A stretch of 45,080 nt of DNA from Piedraia hortae CBS 480.64 (taxonomy: Eukaryota), in assembly GCA_010093745.1 (NCBI GenBank), contig MU005993.1, positions 124,001 through 169,080 of the forward strand, read 5' to 3'. Numbering within the stretch: position 1 is the first letter of the stretch; the number at the start of each line of letters is the position of its first letter. The translations under genes and the position numbers were made by a program. The notes under the pieces are model-generated. The model ran no database searches and had not been told where the DNA came from. It saw only the letters and a program-made list of their open reading frames with translations. Below are positions 31,951-44,769 of this stretch, in pieces.

Positions 31951-34900
31951 TAGGTGATCTAACTTATCTGGATATGCGATTGTGGTTTTATTCGACTGTG
32001 AAGTTGATAGTTGTGCAGCTTAGGGGACGTTCATTCCTACCATGATGCGGCGCAAACGATTGCTTTTTGTGCATTGGAAGTATGGTGGAGATGGTTGACA
32101 ACTGAAAGTCTTAAAAATAACCGCTCTGTGAGTTGAGGATTATGCGGGGTCTCGGGTACCAACTACCTCTCACTAGACCAACACCGAGCTCCTCGTGTTA
32201 GTGTTTGCTGGATGTATGCTGTGCAGTGTTGCCTTCAGATGCACGAAAGGACGAGTAAACCCTGTTTCAATCCTCCAGGTACATACGAAAGATGTAAGAC
32301 AAGTCACAAGAAGCCAGTTCCTTCCGAATCCACTGGTCCTTTCATGAAGCGCACATCGCAAATGAAACGAGAAGGTGTCTCAAACCTATCCCGGATATAT
32401 CACAAGTTTTGTGTTTTTACCCGCCAGAATATGGAAGGAAAGTCATGAATGGCACTCACATGTGGCGCTTGCACCGGGAAATTTCTCACACAATCGCATG
32501 TTAACCCAATTTTCTGAATTCTCGTGTACCGCAATCAATCAGTCAATCTTGCGCACAGGTTCCCTTACCGCACGGTTGACGTTGTCTACGAGTAACACCA
32601 CGACCATGCAGTCCTCTCAAAGTAAATCGGATAGGTATATGACTCGGCCATTCGCCCATGTGATTGACGGCTTTTCGCAACATTCTCGGCGTTGTTGCGC
32701 GAAAAAGTGTTTCGAAATCAGAGACATGAATCATGGATGCCATGCGCTGGGACTCGATTCGCTGCTGTTTAAACAATCGTGCGGGTTAAGCCGCCGAACT
32801 CTACAAGATGCAATGACAAAAGTGTTGGAAAATAGTTGTTGCGTAGCGTAATCTTTCTGAAGATTGTGTTTTTACAAAGTTGTGTTTCCTGATATTCAAC
32901 AGTGAGCTTATATACAAGTAGCTTCTTTGTTCAGACAGTCTCAAATATCACTCCATTGCCTCACTGTCCTCTTTATTATGTTCTTTGAGCATTTTGCTAT
33001 ACAGGATTTTTCTTTGGATAGTCTTTGTTATCAGGCCGAGGTATGGCACCGATACTTCTCAACAACAAAATGAACCAACTTTTACTTCGTTGCGTAAAAA
33101 AAAGCTCAATGACGCCGACTTCAAGCAGAGTCGCGAAACCACAATCAGCGTCAGCTACGCGCGACTAGTATAAACTATGCAAAGCAATTAACTTTCTTAT
33201 TTTTTTCCCACGATCCGCAATGGCTGACAAGCCATGCGCATTCACCTTACTGAGAAATGGAATGACGATGGGTGTCTCTGGAAAACACGCCGTGTTCTTA
33301 CGAGCCAGAATGTACAAGTTCTGGACATTTACGATCACCGCAACCATGCGTGCCAGAGAAAAATGGAAGTCCTGTCCACTCCCCTGAACTACAGCTGCAA
33401 CTAGGTGGATTTACTGCGGTGGAAAATCATGTGGGGCTATTTGCTCCTGCGATCTCTTGCCTCAGTTGTGACTGATGCTGCTTGCTTTCTTGAAATCTGT
33501 CAGAAGGGTGTGGCACCCACCATGACCAGAACTATAGATAGTAGTCGAAACTTCTCAGGGTTTTTACCTCTATAGAGAAAGTTTTCCCTGAGACGGGTCA
33601 TTGTCTCGTTCATGCTTAAGGACATGGTTCGCTGACGTTGTCCTGGCAAATGCGGTTAGATTGAGGTAGTGTGGGTGAGGTTTGGAACCTCACCTCATAG
33701 AGATAGACATCTAAATTTCACATTTATCAGTAAAAGTTGGGTGAAAGCTTTTGTCATTGATATCCACTCCACTCTAGTCCTCGGAGGTTCACCCCCCTCC
33801 GACAAAATCAATTTCCCTTCATCTCAATAACCATCCTTCTTCGAAACACTTACTGGGGCCCAGCACACCAGCGTGCTTGGTAGATGACATATGTGATTGC
33901 TTAAACATGGCAGGAAAATTGTCACACTGCTCCATGAGTCGCACAATGTGGAATGCATCACATCTGAGATGCTCGATAGGACCGTGCTTTTTCAAAGTAA
34001 GGAAGTAATTCTGGAAGAGATACTTGAAGCTCATGTGAAGAACGGATTGAAAACTTCAGGAAATTCGAAGTCATCTGCATTTACACAGTGCAGCATAACT
34101 CCGTCACAGAGAATCTGGTCATAAGCTCACAGATATTGGTGGCTAAAACACTTTCAAAGTATAATTTATACGAGTCAGTAAGAGAAGATTTTGTATGATG
34201 TGGAGTTTCTTCCATGGGTGCGAATAAACACTTGACCACTTGTAGAAAGCCAGTTTGAGTACTTGTCCAGGAGACATACCCCGGGTTAGACAGCATTCAC
34301 CGAAGTCGCGTGGGTCTCCTCGCAGGGAATTGTGCGGGGAACAACCTTGATAGGTTTGGGGCGCCAACTACCACGCATTATACCAATTCATTCGACACTG
34401 CGCTTCGAGTGCTATTTTTTGCGATATTCTGAAGCACGATGGGAAAATATTTGTTTGTGAGGAAGTGTCAGGCTTGCATGTCGAGCTCTCAAATTGAGCA
34501 GGTTGTCAATTTGTACCGTGGGCACACTCGAGTGAGGACGAGCATGTGTTCCAGGTTTTGTCCCTGTCACGTCTGTTCTTCCACATACCGAGATAGCCTG
34601 ACTTATCTAGAACAGTGTTTGACCTTACTGTAGAGTATAGCCAAAAACACGGGTCAAGCCGACAAACAACGTGATGTCATAGTCCTACCACGTGTTTAGA
34701 GTTTCGGACCGGGTTCATGGCAGGTGTGTCAAGCCCAGCCTGTATGGCAATCAGAGCTTCGGAGGTCAATTTGGGTAAATTTGTCCAGCACCAATGTCCG
34801 GTAGTTCTGTATACCAGCCCTTGAAAGTCTTATAATCTATATGACGTGCATTCCCCATGGCTAACCATTGTCCTGATACAATTGTGCAAAAAGCAATCCT

Positions 34901-36860
34901 TGTGTGGCCTTCATGTGAGCAGAAAAGTTGAAAATCGCCACATAACGCCATCGATAATGATACAGGAATTTTGTGTTACTTCACGATATCCGTTCTAGTC
35001 ACCGTGAGTGCAAGAAAGCATAACAGCTTGAAGATCGTCGAATACGTGCATAATCAGAATGACTTGACCATTTCTTGAGCATCCTCGGAACCCAACATAG
35101 AATTAATTATCGGTGCAACTCCAGCCTCCCTGAGAAATTAGACATGTAATGATAGATCATTGGACTCTCAAGCTTTTGTATCGCCAGAAAAATTAGATAA
35201 ACGGTCCCAGTAGCTGTCGCACGAGGTATTTCTGACACGCTGCCACGCTGCTACGCTGAGAGAGGGCTTGACAACGTAGTGCCTCGGTGTCCAAAAATGT
35301 TATTATGGTGACATACTCTGTCCTCTTAGCTCGTAGCATTTCCTACCCCCGTGTGATAAAAAGGAACTATATAGGTATCCTTCCGACAGTTTAGCCTGGC
35401 TCCTAGTGCGTCTCTGACAAAGTCTTGTTGAGGTATTGGAGTCGTTACCACTTGGCTGGAGCCTTATCAACCAAGAGGCTCTATCATCTAATACGGTTAG
35501 TTGCTTTGGACGATGCTCCGGCTTGCTCCCGTTATCCTAATATTGCTTTGTTTTGGTGGCTTGAATAAGTTTGATAGAGGCCTGTAAAATCCTTTGCTGG
35601 ACAGGACTAAAAGGGGCAACGCGGCAATTAAACTGAGCACTTAAACGTGGACTGCACGGAAGCATGCAGAGAGTGGGAGCAAGGACGGTTGAATAGAGTG
35701 TCTGCAATCAGACACCACGAGCAACTTATAGCGAACAGAAGCCCGCCGACAGGACTTAGTCACCGATCTGAAACTGGGCAAAGTTACTCTTGGTAAGAAC
35801 GGGATATGCGCTCACAGCAACAGAAAGCCTGACGAATCATGCCGTTGACATTGTCAGCTAGCATGACAGTCCCAAGACACCAATCACAGGGAGCGCACTT
35901 GCCACATCACGAGTGCGATCAATAACTAATGGCAAATACTCCACACCAGAGAAAAGCAAGCAAGTCCTTGTAGCATACACCCAAGTGCTCATAGCACGAG
36001 GTATCATGCAAACATGACCCAACCGCAGCGGGTAAGCACATAACTCTCGAAATGGGTAAAATTCAATCCCAGGCGAAGAGCACAACCGTCAAAATCCAGT
36101 CACGGCAAAATTCCTTTACCGCTCTTCAAAAAGGGACTCTCGAATCATGCATGCATCGCATTGCCACTCGACTCGCCAAACTATTGTGCTCTCCCCCAAA
36201 ATGACGCTCATACACCAGTGAAGTAAACCGGACCACCAAAAAATGCGTGAAGTTGTTGCCTATCGCAACCCATCCCATCCATCATCCAACTTGACCACCC
36301 CACTGCATCACCTGTGTCTCCACGTGCCAACCCGCTTCCCACTTAATACACCTAACCTACCTCAGCATTGTCCGTCCCCTTAGCGCGAAGAATCACGGAG
36401 TCATCCGCAGCCTAGACAACCTTAAAACGCGATCAATAAACTCTACACGCTCACAAGCAGCCGATTCGCTTGCCGTTGTAACGCAAAAATTAAATCACAT
36501 GATAAAGCGGGGCGATCGTCTGCAGGGGCACGAGCGCCACAACTGTGGCGCTGGACCCTGTTTGGGGTTGGGTCGATTACTAAGCTGACGTTACATGAGA
36601 AGTTTTTGGTGGAGTGCTTTTGGGGATCTGGTTGAAACTGGCGAGGGTTATTGTTGACTGGATGAGGAGGGTTGGGCTATTTGGGGCGGTTTGTTGGCGG
36701 GACGGCCTGTGCTTGTGGTTGTGAGTTGACGAACCGTGGAGAGACGAGTGGTTTGAGTTACAAGCATTGAAGTGAGAGTTTTTTGAGCAAAATCAAGAAC
36801 GAGACGAAACGCAATGAATCTACATAAAATTTATTCGCTGACATCACTCGTTACGTTTCA

Positions 36861-39800
36861 TCAGTCGTCTATTTCGATAACTTGTTTTCCCGCGGGGATC
36901 TCTGAGGCGCCATTCTGCCGCCTGGGCAGTAATGCAGAGAAATGCCACGGCTTGGAGTTGAGGAACAGACAATACTGGTTGAATTGGTCCATGTTGTTGC
37001 AGACCCACAGCTCGTCTGCTGTGCTTCTGGGTTCCCTTGATATGCCTAGAGCAGACACAACACGATCCGTGAACATGTTCACGTCCGCCATGCAACCGTT
37101 AAGACAGTAGCGGTCGCGCAGCATTTTGGGGTCATACCCTGCCTCGCTCACGATCCGCAGCAGCGTATCACCGTGCAGCAGATCCGGACAAAAGTCGATA
37201 ATGCATTCTGCTGCACACGTTGTCAGAATAGGCCGGTGTCTCAGCTGTTGCCGCGTGATAAGGGTGTCCCAGGCTGGGAACCCAGCTTGGTACAGCTCCC
37301 CAGCGTCGTTTTTGCTTTTCCAGCAGAGTTCGATATATTTGCAGGTATCAAAATGAAGCTTGCCTGACTGCGCTGCTTTGATCACCTCATCTACCGTGTT
37401 GTAGCCTAGGGCCTTGGCATTTGCCTCGCTGGTCTTGTTAAGGAAAACGAACTTTGCGGAGTAGTTCGCATGTGGCCCGCATTTGGATTGGCCCTTGTCA
37501 ATTGCTGCCAAACGAGGCTTGTTCTTCTCTCGCGTAATGGCCATATCGCGGAAATGCATCTGGTGGTACTCCTTTATGTCCCACGCTGCTTCGGAATATG
37601 CCTTCTTGAAATCCATGGGTCGATGCCATGGAAAGTTGATTACTTTGCCCGACTTTGGCATCATGACAAACGGGGGGATAACTTTCGGCTTGGGAACGGC
37701 TGAGCTTGATTTGCTATAAGAGCTACACGATGAGATATCAGCCTACGTGCCACTGATATTACTGATTTTTTGATCCCACGAACCTGTCTTTCCCGACCAC
37801 GCCGGGCTTTAGGGCCGGGGCGGTCACAGTGATTCCAGCGCTTGTAGTCGGCACCGTTGTCACGTTTTGTTGACCATTGTGGTAGCCTTTTGGCCGAGAC
37901 ATGTTACCCGCGAACGAAGGCGTAATGATAGGCTGGCCCGTCGAATGGGGCCCGGAGATTGGCCCTTTAATGCCCTGCTGGGCGTGATGGCCCTGGCCCA
38001 TTTGCTGAGGAGTTGGCGGGCGCATGGGTTGCGCTGGCGGACCCATAGGTTGCTGAGCGGGCCGGGGGACATCCTGCTGCGGCCCCTTAGGGCCAACAAC
38101 ATGCTGGAGCGCGGCGCGAGACATGTCCTGCGGTAACTGCGAGCGACTAGCCACACCCTGTGCGGCTGGACGAAACTGCGGCGGAGGCCCTTGGGGCCGA
38201 TTCATATGCGGCGGAGGTTGAGGGCCCATTGTATGAACCGGAAGAGGCCGGCCGGTCTGATGCATCTGCGGCGAGGGCTGATGCGGCCCCGGCGATGGCA
38301 AGTAGCGCCCTTGAGGGGGTTGGTAGAAACCATTCATCGGTCCATTATTAACGTAGCCGCCTCCTGGGTGATATTGGTACATTCTCGGATCAGGCGCTTG
38401 CGGGGGCCCGATAGTTGTGGGGGGTTGAGATGCTGATAAGGCCTGGGAACCCATATCATTGGGCTGCGTCTTGTTGGGTGCATCGCGCTGGATCTGTGTG
38501 AGAATCTGCATGCCCGCTTTGCGTAGCCGCGTGCGAGTCATAAGTTCCATGAAAGTACTTTCTGCTTGCTTGGCAGGGATAACCCACGTGTCAAGCGGAT
38601 GGTCTTCCAGGTATCGCAGCATTTCTTCGTCCTGTTACGATGTATTAGACACTTAAAACCTCGATCTGGGACTTGCAGACCTTCAGCTTCTGATACTCTT
38701 CTGTACACGCCCAGCCACCTGCAAGGGTGTACCTCTCCTCTCTATTGTACATTCGTTCCTGCTCGGCTCGCATCGCAGTAGTAAATCCGCGAATCCTCCA
38801 CGGGCGCAGGGGGTCGTACAGCGTTTCCGTGCGTGACGTGTTAGTGGTTTGACCTTCACCTTTACTTTCATGCCCCGTTGAGGATTGAATTTTCTTGTCA
38901 TCATTTACAGGGTCGTATTGCTTTTCAAACTCCGCAGAGCGCACATCAGAATCATGGATGGAACCTTCATCTATGTCATCGTCTGAATTCTCTGCGCCTG
39001 CTGCGACGTCTGCTTCATCCGCACCATCCGACTGAGTCTGGCTGTCAGCACCTTTCGAAATGGAAATGGAACGTGAAAAACCTACCTCGACGATTGCTTG
39101 AGCAACATTACTTCCTCGCTGCCTTCGGGTGCGAACAGGCGAAGGTGACCGGGCTGGTTCTTTCCCTTTTCGAGCCCACGGACGGTTGGCTGTTGGGTTT
39201 TTAACTTGAAAAGACTCCTGAACTTCTTGGCTTGCGGGTTCACTGTCGATTACTTTTGAAGTCACTTCGGCAACAGAGGATGCAGGCACAGCAGCCTTTT
39301 GCGAGCGAGTGCTCACTCTTCTGTTGCTCTCGGGACTTTCAGCAGATGTTGCTGATGGTGAAGGGGCAACACCTTTATTCAAACGAGCACTAGATCGCCT
39401 GCTGTTTCCATCGCCCTCAGCTTGCGTGGCAGATACATTTGAGTTGTTCTGCAGGCGCGTGCTTGACCTTGTATTAGTTCCAGGAGTATCGTTCACATTC
39501 TCTGAGAACGACACATTGACGGACTTTCTAGTCACTCGCTTCCCTGATACAGCCGCAGCAGGCGTCGATGCCGTTGAAGCTGAACTTTTGAGGCGGGACT
39601 TCAAACTTGTCGTAGAACCAGATTTCGTGAGAGTATCACGAGTATCAGCTGCGTCATTCTTTAGAATGTTATCTTGGGATGGAGGAGAGTCAGCCTGCTT
39701 TTTAGATGCAGTCGTTTTTGAAACGGTTCTGCGCCTCGTCCTAGGGGGCCCATCATATTCAGAAGACTGTGAAGAGGATTGAGGTGATGTATCTCTCCCG

Positions 39801-39874
39801 GCACTAAGTTTGGACCGCTTGCGCGGGCGCCCACGCTTCCTTTTTTGCGACCCTTGGTCGGCTGCAGAAGACAT
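36861..39874 (-). CDS. Uncharacterised nuclear AT-hook protein; exons 39874-38681, 38631-37784, 37722-36861; 967 aa
   Basis: Three ORF-track fragments join in frame through introns 38680-38632 (GTCTGC..CTAAT..CAG) and 37783-37723 (GTTCGT..CTGAT..TAG). N-terminal KRKRGRPRKR, a basic Ser-rich region, a Pro/Gln-rich middle and a globular C-terminal domain. Confidence 0.85.
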
Positions 39875-40923
39875 TGTGGTCGTGCAGTTTTTAATGGAAA
39901 AGTAATAGATGCGTGTGGTGGGCTATCGAGTGCACGAGAACGCGTGAAGTAAAGAAAACGCACGGTTAAAAGGTGGGGCGCTAACCGAAAATGAGCTGTA
40001 CTCCGACGTAATGCTAGAGGGTCCGGGCGCAATGATCCGAGCGTTAGGTTGACCAATGGCTGCAATAGAAGGACCCCTGAGGTTCCAGAGGCAGGCTTCT
40101 GGAGACTGTATATTGATACCTAGTCAGAGGTCTTGGCGGCACTCCGAATTGACGTCATTCACTCCATTTCCCATGCACGGTCCATCCAATTCCTACTAGG
40201 GTGTGGGAGGCCACAGTATAGTCCATCACGATTGTGTATGCTTTCTCCATCTACACCATGCTTTGAGCAACTGTGAGCCACATACAGATCTTGCGCCAAA
40301 TAAATTTTGACATTTTCCCCCAATAGGCTGGATTAACACTTGTCAATGAAGGCGTTGAAGATAGTCTGACAGCCCAAGTTAGCAAGTTGAAGACTCTCAA
40401 TAGTATTATATGATTCCTGGTTGGGCCGGATCAGCGCGTGAATGGCTGGCTTGCGTGGCGTTTGTTCAAACGTATCCTTGGTCTAGCACGTGACTCCTGT
40501 TTAAGTTCGCAGCTCTTCACGGACGAAAAAGGGGAGGGCAGCAACAAAATTGAAAATTCACTTTGCGCGATTGAGCGTACTGCTAAATTATTTAAAGAAA
40601 TATTTAGTGAAATGTTTGGTCGAGATCCGAAGATATGCGCAAATTTTCGCCGGCGAGCCCAAAGAATGTGAATCTTCCTGGCTTACCACGGCTAAAGTTT
40701 TACAAGCACAAACTAGACTGCTCCCATGTCGTGCTCTTCTGAGCAAGGGCTCTCGGGGACTCCAACCTGAGTCATTGTTGAAAGTGTGTATGCTTACAAT
40801 ATCGAAGCAACTTGTTCGAATGACGGGGCATCGTTGCAGGTGACTGTTTCGTTCCTGATGATGTATCTCACAGGGTTAGTCGCCTGATATCTGACTACCC
40901 TCTTGAAACGACCAGGTAAAACG

Positions 40924-41480
40924 TCATATTGTGGCTTCCCCACCAACATCGCCTTCGAATCCCGTAGCAGCAAGCTTCTTTTGCTTGATCTGATTTATCC
41001 TTTTTCTCTCCGAATCTTCTGCTTTCTTCATGCTTTCGACTGTTTCATACGGAGCCCGTTGGAAAGGTGGGGGGATATAATCATCCTTGTCAAGGTCCTG
41101 CGGACTGTTAATCCATGAATTTATACCAGACTTTGTGCAAAGCCCTGTCTTACAATTTCACCCAGGATCGAAACATTTTCTCCTCGAATTAGATAGAGAC
41201 CTCGCTGAATATCAGCATACAGATTCTGTGCGAAGATTCGCTCGATAGTATCGTCGAGTAGTAAGTTGCCGAATTGGTCCCAACTTCGCAACGCGCCAAT
41301 GAGCTTCCGTCCGTCTCGTAGCACTACCACGAGCTTTTTGTCTGTCAAGTCGAGTAGCTGGGAGGCCGTGGTGAACATTTGGGGCGGCAATTGGGGAACT
41401 GATGGTGCGCCTATCAACGTCTGTCCCTGGAGAACCGGAGCTGGTTGCGCATGAGGGACATCTTGCAAAGGTCTGTCCAT
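40924..41480 (-). CDS. LSM1: Sm-like protein Lsm1; exons 41480-41154 and 41097-40924; 166 aa
   Basis: [60 protein letters not shown]. 56-nt intron GTAAGA..TTAAC..CAG. The second exon is absent from the ORF track. Confidence 0.95.
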
Positions 41481-41634
41481 TTGAGCGCGCAGGTTGGGGT
41501 GGGGTTGGTTGGCGTCGGCAGTCGCGCCGCGCCAAGAATGTCTCCGCATGGTCCCACAACGGCAGCGGGACGGACCGCTAACGGGCGAAACGCAGATCGT
41601 CGGGATGAACGACGGTACATCGGCAGCGAAGCCC

Positions 41635-44600
41635 ATGATGATGCTCGCCGCGTTCAACGCTGAGCCGATACACGAGCTGAAGCCGCGGGATAAGTCCAAA
41701 ATCGAATCTTTGTTGGCGTACGGAGACAGGCTCCTAGTTGGCCTCAGCTCCGGCGTCCTGCGTATCTATCGCGTCAACGAGTTGGGCGCCAAAAAGTCGG
41801 TGGAGCTGCTGCGAGAGGAGGAGAAATTCAGCAAGAAACCTGTTCAGCAGTTGGCAGTTGTGAAAGAAGCAAACCTCCTGGTCAGTTTGAGCGATGGCTC
41901 TGTCGCCCTGCATGACTTGCAAACGTTTGCTCTGGCAGAAAGATTGGATGTTACGCGCGGTGCCACGTGTTTCGCAGTTATTAGTAGCGTTGTCAAGGAT
42001 GGAGAAACCGGCGTGCCCAGCTTGGTCAGCCGGCTTGCGGTTGGAGTGAAGAAGAAAGTGTTACTCTGGACATGGCGGGACATGGAGCTTGAAGATGAAG
42101 TAGCAACCGTGGGCATTGAGGCTGTTGCCAAAAGCTTGACCTGGATCACAGGAAGCCGACTTGTGGTCGGCCTGGACCCAGGATTTGTTCTATGGCAGGT
42201 GGAGAGCAGGCAACCCACTCCGATTTTCAAGACGGGAGGGGAGTCCTCGGGTGCTCGTTTTGGGGCCGTAAACAGCAGTGGAATGGGCTATGTTGCAATG
42301 GTGTCCTGGGTACCTAAGCCAATGGCCACGTGCCTCACCGAAAATCAAATTTTACTGGCAAAAGACGTAAACACGTTGTTCATAGACACTGAGGGGAAGG
42401 CTCTGGAAAAGAAGCAAGTTCCGTGGGCTTCAGCCCCAGAAGCCGTGGGATATAGTTACCCTTATCTTTTGGCATTGCTGTCTTCGGAGAGGGGAACGCT
42501 GCAAGTCAGGAACCCCGACACACTTTCACTTCTTCAAAGCATTTCAGTGCCCGGTGCAACCATTTTGCATGTGCCTCAGCCAAATATCAGTCTTGCACAT
42601 GCTGGGAAAGGCTTCTTGGTTGCCAGTGATAGAACAATATGGCGTATGAACGCTCTTCCCTATGATGAGCAACTGCATGAGCTGATCAACCAAAGACGAT
42701 TTGACGAAGCCATCAGCTTGCTGGGACTTCTAGAGGATACACTCATCGATGATAAGCAAGCTATGATCCGCGAGTTCAAGACGCTGAAAGCAGAAGATCG
42801 TTTTCATCAACAGCAATATCGTCTTGCCTTGGATCTGTTTACCGATGCTGAGTCACCACCGGCACGAGTAATTGCTCTATATCCCCGCTCAGTAGCCGGG
42901 GATCTTACCACTATTCATGAGGTTTCGGACCAAAGTGACGCTGAACCTGCCGCAGCTGGCCATGAATGCCCTCATGCAGAAGACGAGATTGCGTCGAAGG
43001 AGGCGCCAGCAACCCCGTCCAAGGGAGTCTTGTCCAAGCTAAGGGTTACTGCCTCAAACGGGCTGAGAGACCCTGATAGCACGTCAACCAGGGTCGCAAG
43101 TCCGGCTCGAGCTGACAGTGATACCGCGGGCTCGCGCACTCCTTCAGTCAAACCGGCCAGTAAACCACTTGAAGGTGAAGATCTTAAGCTTGCAGCAAGA
43201 TGTCTAACTTCGTTCTTGGCGCAGGCTAGAGTCAAGATTAAGAAATTTCTGAGTACGGAAGGAACACTAAAAGAGTCACAAATTAGTATGGATCCGGAGA
43301 CTGGTCGGCCAGCATTTGCGAACTTGCTCCCAGGTAGTCTGTTCGATGACAGTTCCGATTTAAGCGGTATCGACTTGGGGTCTGAGTTGTTGAAGACAGC
43401 ACAGCTGGTTGACACAACGCTCTTCAGGGCCTACATGCTTGCTTCGCCTTCTCTTGCCGGACCTTTATTCCGGCTGGACAATTTTTGTGACCCCGACGTC
43501 GTACGTACTAGTCTTTATGAAAGTGATCGATACTGTGATTTGATAGACTTTTTACACGGTAAAAAATTGCATCGACAAGCATTGGAGGTGCTTGCAAAAT
43601 TCGGCAAAGGTGAAGCAGAGCATGCAGATGTTATCCCGGAGAATATGAAGGGCCCCCGAAGGACTGTTGCGTATCTTAAACAACTTCCACCAGAGCTGGT
43701 CGACCTGATCATTGAGTTTGCACGTTGGCCTCTTGAAGAAGTCGCCGAATTAGGGATGGAGGTGTTTGTCGATGATTCAGGATATAGCGAGCACCTTCCT
43801 AGAGACAAGGTGTTGCATCTCCTCAAAAGTATGGACGAAGACCTTGAATTGAAGTATTTGGAGCACGTCACTTCAGAATGGAACGACCAAACCCCCGAGT
43901 TCCACCAGAGACTTGTTGATATTCTGATACATAAGCTCAAGTCACAAGACCAACAGTCTGATACCTACCCAGATGTGCAAATCAAGCTCGAGGCATTCCT
44001 GAAGGAAAGTCAGCAATACAACGAGAAGGCGACACTGCAACAGCTACCAACTGACGAACCGAGGTTCTACGAGAGTAGGGCTATTGTGTTCGGGGCTATG
44101 GGCAAACATAAGGAAGCCCTCTCAATTTATGTGTACAGCGTTAAAGACTATGCCAAGGCTGAGGAATATTGCAATCAAACATTTCTGTCCCAACAACAGC
44201 AGAGGCAACAATCAACAGATGGCGCAACTATCAATCAACAGCCAACCCCGGTGTTTGGGAATGCCTTTGCGTCGAATAAGAAAGGTTCACAATCAAATGT
44301 ATTCGCCACCTTATTGGGACTTTATCTGAAGCCCTCATCAGGCCAAGAGAAGCGCTGGCCGCAGGCTCTTGGTCTATTGTCTCGCCACGGTGCCCGGCTA
44401 CCCACTTCATCAACATTGGAACTCATGCCTGACGATCTCGCAATAGCAGACTTGCAAAGCTATTTCATTGGCCGAAAGCGCAATGTTGTCTCAATCACAC
44501 GCGAAATGGAGATGGTAAAGGCACTGCAAGGTTTGCAGCAGATCAATGCTGACCGTCGCCTGCTTATTGGACCGGATGCCACTGTGGAGGAAGGTCGGCG

Positions 44601-44769
44601 AGGAGGGAGAGACAGGCGAATCCGCATCACAGAAGATGACCATTGCAAACTCTGTCACAAACGCTTTGGCGCAAGTGCAGTGAGAATATATCCGGATGAT
44701 ACCGTTGTTCATTATGGTTGTGTCGGCAAAAAGCCAAGCAACATACGCTATGGATGGCGGAGGGGTTGA
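41635..44769 (+). CDS. VPS39: HOPS subunit Vps39/Vam6 (CNH domain, CHCR, C-terminal Zn-finger-like region)
   Basis: [68 protein letters not shown] and [15 protein letters not shown]. The start is likely one of the ATGs at 41635-41641; upstream in-frame ATGs exist. Confidence 0.95.
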   Translation: MMMLAAFNAEPIHELKPRDKSKIESLLAYGDRLLVGLSSGVLRIYRVNELGAKKSVELLREEEKFSKKPVQQLAVVKEANLLVSLSDGSVALHDLQTFALAERLDVTRGATCFAVISSVVKDGETGVPSLVSRLAVGVKKKVLLWTWRDMELEDEVATVGIEAVAKSLTWITGSRLVVGLDPGFVLWQVESRQPTPIFKTGGESSGARFGAVNSSGMGYVAMVSWVPKPMATCLTENQILLAKDVNTLFIDTEGKALEKKQVPWASAPEAVGYSYPYLLALLSSERGTLQVRNPDTLSLLQSISVPGATILHVPQPNISLAHAGKGFLVASDRTIWRMNALPYDEQLHELINQRRFDEAISLLGLLEDTLIDDKQAMIREFKTLKAEDRFHQQQYRLALDLFTDAESPPARVIALYPRSVAGDLTTIHEVSDQSDAEPAAAGHECPHAEDEIASKEAPATPSKGVLSKLRVTASNGLRDPDSTSTRVASPARADSDTAGSRTPSVKPASKPLEGEDLKLAARCLTSFLAQARVKIKKFLSTEGTLKESQISMDPETGRPAFANLLPGSLFDDSSDLSGIDLGSELLKTAQLVDTTLFRAYMLASPSLAGPLFRLDNFCDPDVVRTSLYESDRYCDLIDFLHGKKLHRQALEVLAKFGKGEAEHADVIPENMKGPRRTVAYLKQLPPELVDLIIEFARWPLEEVAELGMEVFVDDSGYSEHLPRDKVLHLLKSMDEDLELKYLEHVTSEWNDQTPEFHQRLVDILIHKLKSQDQQSDTYPDVQIKLEAFLKESQQYNEKATLQQLPTDEPRFYESRAIVFGAMGKHKEALSIYVYSVKDYAKAEEYCNQTFLSQQQQRQQSTDGATINQQPTPVFGNAFASNKKGSQSNVFATLLGLYLKPSSGQEKRWPQALGLLSRHGARLPTSSTLELMPDDLAIADLQSYFIGRKRNVVSITREMEMVKALQGLQQINADRRLLIGPDATVEEGRRGGRDRRIRITEDDHCKLCHKRFGASAVRIYPDDTVVHYGCVGKKPSNIRYGWRRG

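Noticed and set aside
40095..40226. GGAGACTG and AGTATAGTCC resembling group I intron R/S elements
   Set aside because: The matches are imperfect, there is no supporting P3/P4/P6 core, and there is no host rRNA context.
41494..41634. N-terminal extensions of VPS39 (TTG 41494) and LSM1 (41699) given by the ORF track
   Set aside because: They overlap the shared promoter of the two genes. Recognisable conservation starts at about 41641 (VPS39) and 41480 (LSM1).
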